A stretch of 64,000 bases of DNA, taken from assembly GCA_027604505.1 (NCBI GenBank), contig JADIIX010000025.1, positions 1 to 64,000 on the forward strand, read 5' to 3'. The notes under the pieces are model-generated. The model saw nothing but the letters and a program-made list of their open reading frames with translations. It ran no database searches and was not told where the DNA came from. How positions within the stretch are numbered: the stretch's first letter is position 1; every line of letters starts with the position of its first letter. A program made the position numbers and the translations under genes. The stretch comes from Gonapodya sp. JEL0774 (Eukaryota). Below, piece after piece: positions 15,433-26,886 of the stretch.

Positions 15433-16956
15433 ATGGACGCGACCGGCGTCGCGCCCACAAACATTTTTCCTTCGGCGGGGTTGGCTGCAGTCCTGCTGGC
15501 TCCAGTCCCAACGCTTCAGGTTCGCAAATTCATATCATCTGGATCAACTGTTGAGAGCGAGAAAACAAAGAGTTTTGAGCCTCTGACGATAAAAGGGGTG
15601 GTGTTCAAGAACAGGATCTGAGGGGTGAGTTACCTGTTGATCGCTGCCATGCAAATGTCTGTCATTCCTCAAAACACTTTTTATTTCGTGCAGAGCCTGA
15701 TGTGTCAGTACTCGAGTGAGAACGGTGGGTTTGCTCACAGTCTCCATCTGCTGAATGTGGGAAACTGAATGACATGAGTGTGATTTGATACTGGTGAAGT
15801 CAGGCTTCTTGAACTCTTGGCACCTACAAAACGCTAGTGCGCGGATAGACTGCAGCAAATAACAGTATTTGAGCTCAACGTGCGTGCTCTGTACTTAGCA
15901 GGGTCGTTCGCGGCGAGATGTGCAGGGCTTTTGATGATCGAAGCTACTGGTGAGGCGAGCCCTGTGAATGCAGTTCTATCAGCACAGCGCAAAAGTCTGA
16001 TTTCTTCGCAAAACCTGGTGACATTGTAGGACCTTCTGCTGTCGCGTACTCGGACAAATCGGGCGTGCCCCGAGAGACCTCACAAGACGACCTCGATACC
16101 ATCGTCCAAGCCTTCACAGAGGCAGCGACAAGGGCAGACAGGGCCGGTTTCGATGTTTTGGAGATTCATGGCGCACGTGAGTGCATGATGCGCGACAGTA
16201 TGCATCGAAGTTCTCAGCGCAACAACAGATGGATACTTGATCCACAACTTTCTGTCCGGCCACAGCAACAAACGGACGGATGAATAGTACGTTTCTCAGG
16301 AAGTCTCTATACTATCCAAATTCTTGGCACTGATCGGATTTTTTCGTGGTAGCGGCGGCTCCCTCGAGAACCGTGCCCGTCTTCTGTACGTACCGTATTA
16401 CAAAGGCGGTCCGCGATGTGTGGCCCCAACGCAAGCCGCCTTTTACCCGCCTCCCCAGCACCGACTAGTTTGAAAGTACGGATCCGGATGGATGGGAAGT
16501 CGAACAGACGGTGAGAGTGGCCAGGGAGGTATGTGGGGCCCAAGGCTTCACTCCGATTCTCACGGTTCAATCCGTGCAACGTTCCACCAGCTTCACAAAC
16601 TGGGTGTGGACCTTCTCGACTGCTCTTCCGGGGGCAATTCTACAAAGCAGCGCCTGTCCTATTCACCAGGATATAATGCCGAGTTTGCAGTTCGAGTACG
16701 CCCGGAAGTCCCTGGTCTGCTGACAGCGCCTGTAGGGATGATCACTGACGGGAACCAGGCTGAACGGCTTTCACGAAAAGAGAGGTGCGGCGCGGTTTTT
16801 GTGGCCAGGGGTTTCTTGAGAGATGCAGGAATGGTATTGAGGTGGGGAGAAGATTTGGGAGCCGAAGTACAAAGGGTGAGTTCACATATATCAACTTTCA
16901 AAGTACCGGAGATTCGATCAAAGTCAATATCCGACGAAAATGAACTACGTGCTTGA
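15433..16956 (+). pseudogene. Degraded Old Yellow Enzyme (canonical CQY/HGY type)
   Basis: FEPLTIKGVVFKNRI* (TGA 15619-15621), SLMCQYSS, IEATG, GFDVLEIHGAH|GYLIHNFLS..SNKRTDEY|GGSLENRAR. A 4-bp GTAC duplication at 16386-16393 shifts the frame, there is a TAG at 16466-16468, and the QLAHAGRK-type segment is missing. Confidence 0.85.
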
Positions 16957-18057
16957 TTCCTTCAGCCAGTGAGTTGCTAATGAATTGGCGGTGCGATCCG
17001 CTGAAACACTATCGTAACGGGATCCAATTTGCAAAAGCTTCAATACTCTCGTGCCGAGCCCCATATTCACGACAAGTCTACCCACCCAGAAGCACTGAAG
17101 CCGTGCGATCAGCTGGTGGACCACGTCGTGGATAGAGGAGCCGAAGGGGGTTCGCTGGTCGTAGACGGCAAGGGTTCGGTATAAGTGTTTTCAAGCAAGA
17201 GTAAGAATGACGTGAATACTCGTGGACTTTCTTGTACAATTTTTGATGGTCAAACAAGCCTTGAGCCTTGAGCCTTTCCATTGTCAAAGGGACTCTCGAC
17301 GATACAAAATTCGAAGGCAGACACCCCAAAGACGCGTCCCACGAAACATTCATCATCATTTGTACAACGACAATGGCGCGCCTGGTCACTAGTCCAGTAC
17401 AAACGGTGGTGAGTAACTGGGTGTCATCTGCATCAAGATTCATGCCCGCACTACCGCCAGTCACGCGTGACATGATTTGTTGGCAACTGCCGTCATCCAT
17501 CTATCTATCAGCGATCATGCCCCAAACACTGCGAGCTCGTGGTTCCCCAGCCAGCAACGTCCGTGTCTGATCGTAGTACAATGTGATGACTCTACGGCTC
17601 ATTGGTCAACTGTCCTTCATGTCCTGGCTTCATGCCGATCTGCTGGTCGGGGAATCGGATCGAATTCGAATCCACACAATGGCACACATCTCGATCGTGG
17701 AAGAAGCGTGGTTGTGTTGGCATACGCCAGGAGCGTGGAGGGACGGGCCACCTTGGATGTAGATGTAGATCGCAAGTCTCAAACTGATGTCTTCCCGATC
17801 TTCATTTTGTGAAGATTACGTGTACATTTTGTATTCATGATGAGACGTGAAGTCTTGTGTTTGCCTCCGTCCGTCCGACAGGCCCTACGCAAGGCCTAAT
17901 AAATATCATTGAATATTCATGGGGAGAGCACCGATCCACCGATTTCATCCACCGACGGAGCAAAAAAACTTTATCTATCATGGCCGATGACTCCTCATTC
18001 GATATTTTTGATTGTCGGATTGTAATCCGTACCGTTGGACGGCAACATTCTGCATAC

Positions 18058-18146
18058 AAGACAGATGTGCTAGGAGAGGAAGCACCTGTCGCTAGCAATC
18101 TAAAAGCAACTTCTTTACTGTTATACGGGTATGCTGTCCAGTTGAC
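18058..18146 (+). repeat. Direct repeat copy A (pairs with 22860-22939)
   Basis: First 55 nt align without gaps at 47/55 to 22860-22914; after an indel, GGTATGCTGTCCAGTTGAC matches GGTATGCTGTCCCGTTGAC (18/19). Confidence 0.9.
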
Positions 18147-18715
18147 ACTGCTTCTCTGCGGGGCTAGTACGCACTGCCATGACCACCAGTACACAATTTT
18201 CCAACCCCCCATCAGCTCCGGAAAAACAACAGCGAATTCTGCATTTAAATTCTCACAACTGCGCTTTTCGATTCCTGTCCGACGAATCGTCTTCGTATTC
18301 CCTCTTTGTGTTGACGTTGTGTTTCTTTCAATCCCGTTATCGGTGCTGTGCCACTGCTCTGTGCCACAGCCTGCCTGACCCATCTTTTGGCTCACACACA
18401 GAAACGCGTTTTCCGTCACCTTCCACACACTCGGATTCAATCCCCCTTGCCAAAGGTGAGCGAGCACACAACCGAAACGCCATGAGCGGACACCTTTGAA
18501 TTGAATTCGCCTGGCGCCGGCGATGGCGGCGATTACAGCTGGAGATGGCGAGGGGAGGGCCACCGTTGGTGGTGGTGTCGGCTTGTTTGGGCAAAGGCGG
18601 GCGTTTTCGTAGTTCAAATGGGAATCAAAACCCGTGTTGACCCGTTGAATTTACAATCTTCGTTATCTCTCCAACATCAGGCGTTCCTCGTTTTCATTTC
18701 AATCCGCTGCCAGAA

Positions 18716-21700
18716 ATGTCCCGCCAAGAAGCCACCATCGCCCAGACCGAGAAGTGGGTAGAGCAAACAAACCTGTCGACCGCACGTTTTGATTGAAAAT
18801 ATCGACGCTCATGGTCGAATTTGCTTTCTTTTCCTTTCTCGTGCTATTTCCATTCACTCGTGTTTTGTTCCACATCTCCCCTCTCCCTCATCAACACGCA
18901 CACCCGCGTCCACCCCCAGGCCCATCCGTAGCGTCACGTTCCCGCAGACGAGCCGCGGCCACCCCGAGTCCCTGGCCAACTTCTACAGCGAGAACGTCTT
19001 CACGCTCAAGAAGATGCAGGAGACCCTCCCGAAGCCCATCTACGCAAAGTTCTTGCAGCAGACCAAGGTACGTGGCGGTGTTTTTAATGGGATCTGCGTG
19101 TTCGCGTGGGTGGAATTTTTTTAGAGTTCGTGATGAAGATGGTGAAACGGATATCGGTTGTGGAGGTGGGGGGTTTTCCCGTGTCGGACGATGTCCTTCG
19201 GGAAGAGGAAGCCAGGACACGAAGTTGTCTCTTGACGAATCGATCCGATAGTCGGGATGTCTCTCGACGATTCGATTCGATCGCCTCGACCCGACCCTGT
19301 TCCAATTCATTTTCGTACCAACCTCACTAATGCTTTCCACTTACTGATTCCTTTCCTTCACACCTTACCAATGGTTTCCACCATCATCATCCCGCCCTGA
19401 TGCTCGACTCATTTGTTTTCAATTTCATTCGTGTTTGCTCTTGCTCCTGCTCCCAGGGCCGCGGCAACATCGACAAGCCCACCGCCGAAGCCATCGGCCA
19501 CGCGGTGCGCGTGTGGGCCCAAGATCGGTGAGTGGGAGATTGAATGTCTATGCTTGTCAGATGTTTTTATGGTCAAACTGTCACTACCGGATCGGTTCTG
19601 TCTCTTCGGACACCGTTGTGTTTGTCCTGGGCTCACATCCCTTTTCATCTCCACTAAACCCTCCCCACTCTCCATCTCCTCCATCCCAGCGGCGCCACCC
19701 ACTTCACCCACTGGTTCCAGCCCATGACCGACGCGACAGCCGAGAAGCACGACTCGTTCCTCTCGCTCAAGTCCGTCGTGACCGCCAACGGCGAAGAGGT
19801 GATCCCCTTCGACGCCTTCTCGGGCGGACAGCTCCTCCAGTCCGAGCCAGACGCGTCGTCGTTCCCCTCGGGGGGACGGAGGACCACGTTTGAGGCTAGG
19901 GGGTACACGATTTGGGATCCGATGAGGTGGGTTGGCGTGGTTGGGTGGTGGAGAGGGGCGATACATTCGAGTGGGTGGGTCGGGGTTTGTGGTGGAGTGG
20001 TGTTTGTCGTGTGTGATCGCTTTTCATCGTCCATCGTTTTGCCGGAAATCCCTACATGAATCACAAACATCGCTGCTGACCGCTTTGCTTTTCTTTTTTT
20101 GTCTCGCTCTTCCACTCCGATCGTCTCTCCCTCTCCCTTCAGCCCCATGTTCCTCGAAGAAGGCCCGCACGGCACCACCGTCCTCTACATCCCCTGCGTC
20201 TTCATCTCCTACTACGGTGAAGCCCTCGACGAGAAGACCGTCCTTCTCCGCTCCAACGAGGCCGTCTCCCGGAACACGGTCCGCCTCCTCCACCTCATCG
20301 GCGAGACCGACGTCAAGCGCGTCTACACCACACTGGGAACCGAGCAGGAATACTTCCTCGTGGACCGTTCGTTGTACCAGATGAGGCCCGACTTGTTGCT
20401 TACAGGACGCACCCTCATTGGGGCGGTCCCGCCAAAGCACCAGCAGCTCGAGGACCACTACTTCGGAAGGATCCCCGGAAAGGTCCTTGCGTGTGTTTCG
20501 GAAGCCGAGATGGAGTGCTGGAAGCTCGGTGTGCCGCTCAAGACTCGTCACAACGAGGTAGGTAGGAGGGGATGTGATGTGGGGGTGATGGACTGCGGGG
20601 AGGGGGGTATGAGAAGAGGGGTTCGAGCAGTCAAAATTTTTAAAATCGCTGTCTATTTTCCCTTTCTTCTACCATGCAGGTCGCTCCCTCTCAGTTCGAG
20701 GTCGCTCCCATCTTCGAGGAGTCCAGCCAGGCGGTTGACCACAACCTGCTCACGATGATGACCCTCAGCCGCATCGCCAACAGGTACTCGCTCAAGGTGG
20801 GTACCAAGGGGCGCAAAACTCTGAAGGCGGATTGCGGTTTATGCTGGGTTGAAAGAATTGAACTGATTTAGAGAACCTGTTTCCTTTTGTTATCTGTCGT
20901 GGTAATGATCATCGTAGGCTCTCTTCCACGAGAAACCATTCAAGGGTGTCAACGGATCCGGCAAGCGTGAGTCATCCATAACATTCACAGCATACTCTAT
21001 CGAGCACCATATCGAGTCTCTATCTAATGTGTTTTATCACGTTTCCATCCCACTGCTCCAGACTGCAACTGGTCCGTCGCCACGGACCTCGGCGACAACC
21101 TCCTCGACCCTACGGTCCGCCCCGAGACCAACTACCGTTTCCTCATCTTCCTGTGTGCCATCCTCCGCGGTGTACACCTTCACGCCGGAGTTTTGCGCGC
21201 CGGTATCGCCTCCGCGTCCAACGACATGCGTCTCGGTGCCAACGAGGCCCCGCCAGGTATTATCTCGGCCTTCTTGGGCGAGCAGCTATCCGAGGTGCTC
21301 GCCGCCATCTACGAGAACAGGGACGTCAAGAGCTTCTCGGTTCCGAGCGTGCAGAGTGTCAAGGTCGGCGGAACCGTGCTCGACCTCAAGGTGAGTTGTC
21401 CCAACCGATTTCAGTGGAGTCACGGAAGCCCTCTCACTCATAAAACATATCCACGTCTTTTTCTGACTCGCCTCAGATCTCCACCCTCCCGACCGTCCCC
21501 CGTGACCTGACGGACCGCAACCGCACCAGCCCCTTCGCCTTCACCGGCAACAAGTTCGAGTTCCGTGCCGTGGGATCCCGTCAGAACCCGTCCTGGCCCG
21601 TTACCATCCTCAACTCTATCGTGGCGTCGGCTTTGTCGGACGTGTGCGACATGTTAGAGAAGCAGAAGGGCAGCAAGGTGGGTATGGTTACACGGTCGGG

Positions 21701-22672
21701 TGTTTGAACCGTTTGAGCGGGGGATCGGGAGCGGGAACGATATCCTCAAATGTTGTCTGTGTTCCGCTCGCCCTCTCACAGGCTGTCGCCTCGGTCGATG
21801 ACATCCTCGCCGTTGTCCGCGCGCTGTACAAGGAGCACAAGGCCGTCATCTTCGAGGGCGACAACTACTCCGCCGAATGGGCTGCCGAGGCCGAGAAGCG
21901 TGGTCTCCCCAATATCAAGAAGGCCGTCGAGGCGTTCAAGATGCTCAAGGAGCCCTCTCACGTCAAGGTTCTGACCAAGGAATCCGGCGTCTTCACCGAG
22001 GAAGAGCTTACCTCGCGCTACCACATCCTGCTGGAGAAGTACATCAAGGAAATCGCTATCGAGGTGAGGAGGTTTTGTTTCATAGAGATAAAGATTTTGT
22101 TGTTTCACAATGTACTCACAATGGTCGTTCTTTCTCTTTTGCTCAGGCCGGCACTCTCAAAACCATGATTGTGCAAGGCGTCCTCCCCGCCTCATACGAG
22201 TACCGTCTCGCTCTCGCCACCACCGTCAAAGCCGTCAAGGACGCCGGCGGCGACCCTGGCGTCGAGAAAGCGGCGTTGGACGCTGTCGGTGTGCACCTTT
22301 CCAAGATCCAGCCCCTGGTCAAGAAGCTCGATGAGGCCATTGCACACTTGAGCGACAAGCACGGCGACGAGGAGGAGCACTCGGTCTACGCTGCGTACAC
22401 TGTTGTCCCGCTTATGGAGGACATCCGAGTCGAGGCTGACAGGTAAGCTCCGAGCGGTGTTGGCGATCCTTGAATTGACATATGATTAACTTGCAAACGT
22501 GCGACGAACTTTGCTCTGGTAGTCTCGAGGAACTAGTCGCTGACAAGTACTGGCCGTACCCCAAGGTGAGTAGCAAACTCGTACAATACCCCATTGTCCG
22601 TCCCTCTTGGCGTGAATGTTAATCCTTCGTTCATTCCAACAGTACCACGAGATCCTCTTCGGCCACGCCTAA
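18716..22672 (+). CDS. Glutamine synthetase type III (GSIII/GlnN-like), about 12 introns
   Basis: GSIII signatures [113 protein letters not shown]; ends YHEILFGHA*. Confidence 0.96.
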
Positions 22673-22859
22673 AGTGCAGTGTTATCGTTCAATCGCTAAT
22701 AGAAGGGGAGTCCTTTTGGTGTGTCGTTTGAGGTTGTTATCAAGTTGGCTTCGATGAGGTGTTTGGGATCCTTGATGGAACCGGTGTATTCTATCTTCTG
22801 TACCATCTTCTGTGCGGTTGATAATAAAATAAAGTCATCCGCGTGAATATTATTGTTTA

Positions 22860-22939
22860 AAGACAGAAATACTAGGAGAGGATGAGCCTGTCGCTAGTAA
22901 TCTATAAGCAACTTAGAGACGGTATGCTGTCCCGTTGAC
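22860..22939 (+). repeat. Direct repeat copy B (pairs with 18058-18146)
   Basis: See copy A. Lies between the GSIII 3' end and the CFAP300 start. Confidence 0.9.
22890..22901. promoter_or_regulatory. X-box (RFX site)-like motif upstream of CFAP300
   Basis: GTCGCTAGTAAT against the X-box consensus GTNRCY(N0-3)RGYAAC (last base mismatched), about 190 nt before the CFAP300 ATG; copy A has GTCGCTAGCAAT. Confidence 0.3.
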
Positions 22940-23086
22940 TGTACGCCGGTATTGTTGTTGTCCGTCTGGTGCCGGAAATGTTTTGGGGGGGCATTTGGCC
23001 GTCCAGTGCCGCCAGCTGGGGATCAAGAACGTCTAGAGCACCGAACGGTCCCCTTCGCCCAGCAAGAGCGCTTTCTATTTTCAAAC

Positions 23087-24369
23087 ATGCTTTCACCATC
23101 GGAAAATGAAGTCCAGATCCCCACCCGGGACGCTCTGGAGGGGAAAATGTCCCCCGGCGTCACCGAGGTTCCAACGAGTCCTCAAGACCAGACGACTGCC
23201 AACTCGACCTTGAAGCCATATTCTATCTCTTCCTTCCCAGAACTTCCTACAGCTCGCCCTGAGCGCAATCCTGATTGTGCTCCGTTCCGGTTTACGCTCT
23301 TGGCGGACAGTGCCGTCAAAATATCTGCAGACAAGGAGGTGCGAGAGTTGTTCCCCAAATGGTGAGAGTCGCATGAAGTATGTGTTTTCATACACTCGAC
23401 GAGCCCTCACCATGTCGCTCGTACCTCTCGAATTCATAGGGGGTTGGACCAAAACATGTACATCAAGCGCTTCTTGTTCGACCAGCCTTTCGCAGAGTAT
23501 ATGGCTCCCATCTTTCTGAAAGATTTGTTCGACCATGGAAATACTACATCGTCATTAAAGGTGGTTCTCGAGGATATCTTGGGACCGCAATTGAATCGCC
23601 ATCGAATTGAATGAAGTACGGTTTCGCCTGTGCACCATTTGGACAGGTCATCGGGTCGCGAGATACATGGAGCTCAATGGGTCCGGTCTCCAGCGTCAAG
23701 TATGAATCTGTGAAAACTACTTTCACTGACATGCAGGTGTTTCGGAAACTCTTTGACAATGGTACGTTCGGTTGTGCAAGCTCGGAAAGTCGGAACTGTC
23801 GGAACACTGGATTAAACAGGCTGAATCCTTGTCACTTTGCACACAGGTATCGTACGACCAGATGGCTCTATTCGCAAGTGCTTCGACGTGTACCACTCCT
23901 CGGGTCTTCTTCTCTCGGATCTTCTTCGATGTGCTCTTGTCGACGAGACTTCAGAACACTACGACGTGTTCACCACGGCCGATCGCAAAGAGCTGTTGCT
24001 CAAATGCTTCGCACACCTGGCGCTTGGTGGCAAACTGTGCCAGTACGAAGACGAGGTGGAGCCCTACACGACCTTGGCGAAAAAGGTGTACCGAGAGCTC
24101 GTGAGGTAGGTCTCCAACTCTCTCTGTTTTAGGAAACTGCATTCGTTTGTTTGCTCTGAATAACATGTCTCAACAGCATCACCAAGGACACTACGACCTC
24201 ACCTCCAACGATCTCCATCCCCTCTCTTGCATATTCCATCACCAACCTTGAGTGCACTACATCACCACTCTTTCCATCGCAACACGTACAAAACTTCTGC
24301 TATGTGGTAATCGAACCTTCCAAGCGATGGGTGACTGTGTGGTACCACGCCAGTTCAGGATATTATTAG
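23087..24369 (+). CDS. CFAP300: Cilia- and flagella-associated protein 300 (C11orf70/DUF4498), 4 introns
   Basis: LFPKW|GL...RFLFDQPF, GIVRPDGSIRKC, SDLLR..L.DETSEHYDVFT..DRKELL...F.HLALGG.LCQYEDEVEPY...AK.VYRELV, QNFCYVVIEP.KR.VTVWYH. Confidence 0.9.
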
Positions 24370-24630
24370 CGAGAGTTACCGTTTACCATCCAAGCACTGA
24401 TTGTAATGGGAAACAAAGAAAAGTTGATAGCGCAACAAATTGTTTGAGGGGGTATCAACGTCATCAAGTGTAAATTTCAATCTTCCCGATATGGCAATTC
24501 CACGTTTTCCCGGTTGAGTTTTGCGGGGAAGCGTCCCCCCCCCCCTTTTTTTCATTGGTCAGCACGGAGTTCATAGTTCGTGTTCTATTTTCAGCAAAAC
24601 CCACCTGTCTGGAAAAAAAAGAGCTTCCCC

Positions 24631-25814
24631 ATGAAGGACATCGACGAGCAAGCACTGCCAGAAGAGACCACGCTTCTTATTTCTCACGATGACGACGCGG
24701 ATGGCAAGCTCGACAGGCGGGTGGACGCGCGGACAGACACAGACGCGACCCTCAAGTCCCCGCCATCATATGGAGCAACCGAGTTCGCAGATTCTGCTAA
24801 AGACCCCGAAGGCGACCACACAATTATATCGAGTGAGAGTAGGGCCTGGGATGCGCCGGAACACGACCATTATTCCCATCGTGCACCTTGGGTAAGTGGT
24901 TTGCGTAATTCGAGGTTGGTTTGTCAAATTGGACTCAGCTCACATCTCCCAATCTTTCCGGCGTACAGCTCCGTGCCGCAGTTCTGGGAGCCTGCGATGG
25001 CCTAGTGTCTACATCATCGCTTATGGTTGGCGTGATTGCTGGGGGGGGGACGCACTACCAGGTCATGCTGGCCGGCATTTCCGGAACGTTCGCGGGAGCA
25101 CTGAGTATGGGCTGTGGTAAGTCTACTTCACCACAAACGAGCTAGCTGTTGACATGTTCTGACGGTTCCCCATAATCCCCGATGGCTTCACTGCGGCATG
25201 AATTGCCGCACTTGTCCCGACCCTAAATCTCGCCACGCGAAAATTTCCAACACCCCTCTGTGCACAATAATCACTATTCAGGCGAATACGTTTCTGTGTG
25301 GTCCATGCGAGATGCTGAGCTCGCCGATATCCAACGCGAGCGCAACGAGTTCCTCCGTGCTGCACCACCTCCTTACGCTTCTGAACTCGACGAACTCCAA
25401 CTGATTTACGAGGACCGCGGTATTCCTCCCGATCTTGCTCGTGAGGTTGCCGAGCACTTTCACCACAATCACAGCATGGAAGAACTTGTGGCGATTCACG
25501 CTCGTGACGAGTTGGGAATCGACACCGAGGATCTCGCGGACCCCCTCGGAGCCACGCTCATGTCCATGATGGCTTTTTCCATGGGTGCTATTCTTCCATT
25601 GTTTGGGGGATGGTTTTTGCAGGATGCACACGACCAGATTCTGGCGGTGCTCATACTCAGCGTGATTGGACTTGCATTTTTCGGGGCACTAGGTGCACAT
25701 CTCGGGGGAGCCCCGATTTTACCGGCGGCGGTACGCATGACCATTGGTGGTGGCATTGCCATGGGCTCCACGTTTGTCGTGGGGAAAGTTTTTGGTGTTA
25801 TGGCAGGACTTTGA
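24631..25814 (+). CDS. VIT1/CCC1 family transporter, copy 2 (2 introns at the same positions as copy 1)
   Basis: HYSHRAPW|LRAAVLGACDGLVS...GALSMGCG|EYVSVWSMRDAE...HARDELGIDTEDLADP. Confidence 0.93.
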
Positions 25815-26045
25815 GATTTATGCATAGTCATTTCAATTCAGTGCATTCTTTCCCTAGACACGTACGTAATATTTTGCAATGTAGATTTTATCGTAAAACC
25901 ATTTCTCCTTCTTTTTCGAATTTGTGTTGTCCGAGTCTCTGGTCAAAGCGGCTGAGCTGCTTCTGCCAACAACCAAGGGCAGGATATTACGCTCTAGCCA
26001 ACATATATCCGCCGACCCTCTCGCTATTGAACCAGACTCATTAAA

Positions 26046-26612
26046 ATGTCTTCATCTGGACAATCGGAGACGGAGAAAGCGAAGTTGCTCAATGAGCAAG
26101 TCGGTGAGTACCCGGGAATATTCCTCAAGCAGAGTCGAGGCTGTGTTTCTCTTCGTTTCCCTCTCAACGGGACACGGATATGTCGCGGTTTCATCCCGGT
26201 ATCGAAATTTTCTGAATTTCTCCCGGTTCTGACCGTGCGCACCGTGTTCCTTTCCCGCGTGCTCGGCGTAGGTGAGGTCACCAACATCATGCGCGACAAC
26301 ATCACCAAGGCTGCACAGCGGGGTGAAAATATCGATAATCTTCAAACGGCCACGGATGACTTGGTTAGCAAAGCGAACATTTTTAAAGTAAAGGCCAAGA
26401 CAGCGCGATGGGAGATGTGAGTTGGGCTTGCTGTGCAGTATGCTAGAAGCCCGGCAACAGGCTGATAACTGATCCCATCCCGGTATGTGTTTTACATCCT
26501 CAATCTTAGGTGGAAGAAGGACAAGAAAGTCCTCGCGATCCTTGTCATTCTTGTTCTCCTCGTTCTCGCGGCGATTCTGGCACCCATCATCAACCTCTTT
26601 GTCAAGAAATGA
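26046..26612 (+). CDS. Synaptobrevin/VAMP-like R-SNARE (about 100 aa, 2 introns)
   Basis: LNEQV|GEVTNIMRDNITKAAQRGENIDNLQTATDDL..KANIFK...RWEM|WKKDKK plus a C-terminal TM helix (VLAILVILVLLVLAAILAPII); zero-layer Arg in QRGE. Confidence 0.9.
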
Positions 26613-26886
26613 AGCTGGAACCCCAAGGATAGTGCGCGAGATTCGCCGGAGTCTGCTTTACTCAGTTGTTGGTGAAGAGTGCACTGTGATACAAGGGACG
26701 CTTCTCGGTGTGCATTGGGGGCGTCCAAGATTCAGCTTACGGGACTTCCATTCATCTGTTCGTTGTTCTGTACATTTTGCGGTAATATCCAACTCGAATT
26801 CACTATTCGGAGACTGTTCTTGGGTTTGCTGCTGGCCGGCTGGAGCATTATGGTACATGATTGCAGATGGATATCTCGAACAAGAT

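Noticed and set aside
15619..16468. A-to-I editing or readthrough rescuing the two Trp-position stops in the second OYE
   Set aside because: The gene also has a 4-bp frameshift and lacks a core internal segment, which editing cannot repair.
17078..18617. ORFs of 140-260 aa between the OYE pseudogene and GSIII, with faint likeness to the neighbouring F-box protein (RRAIVVV vs RRSIVVA)
   Set aside because: No recognisable domain or coherent splice model; possibly a relic but not supportable by eye.
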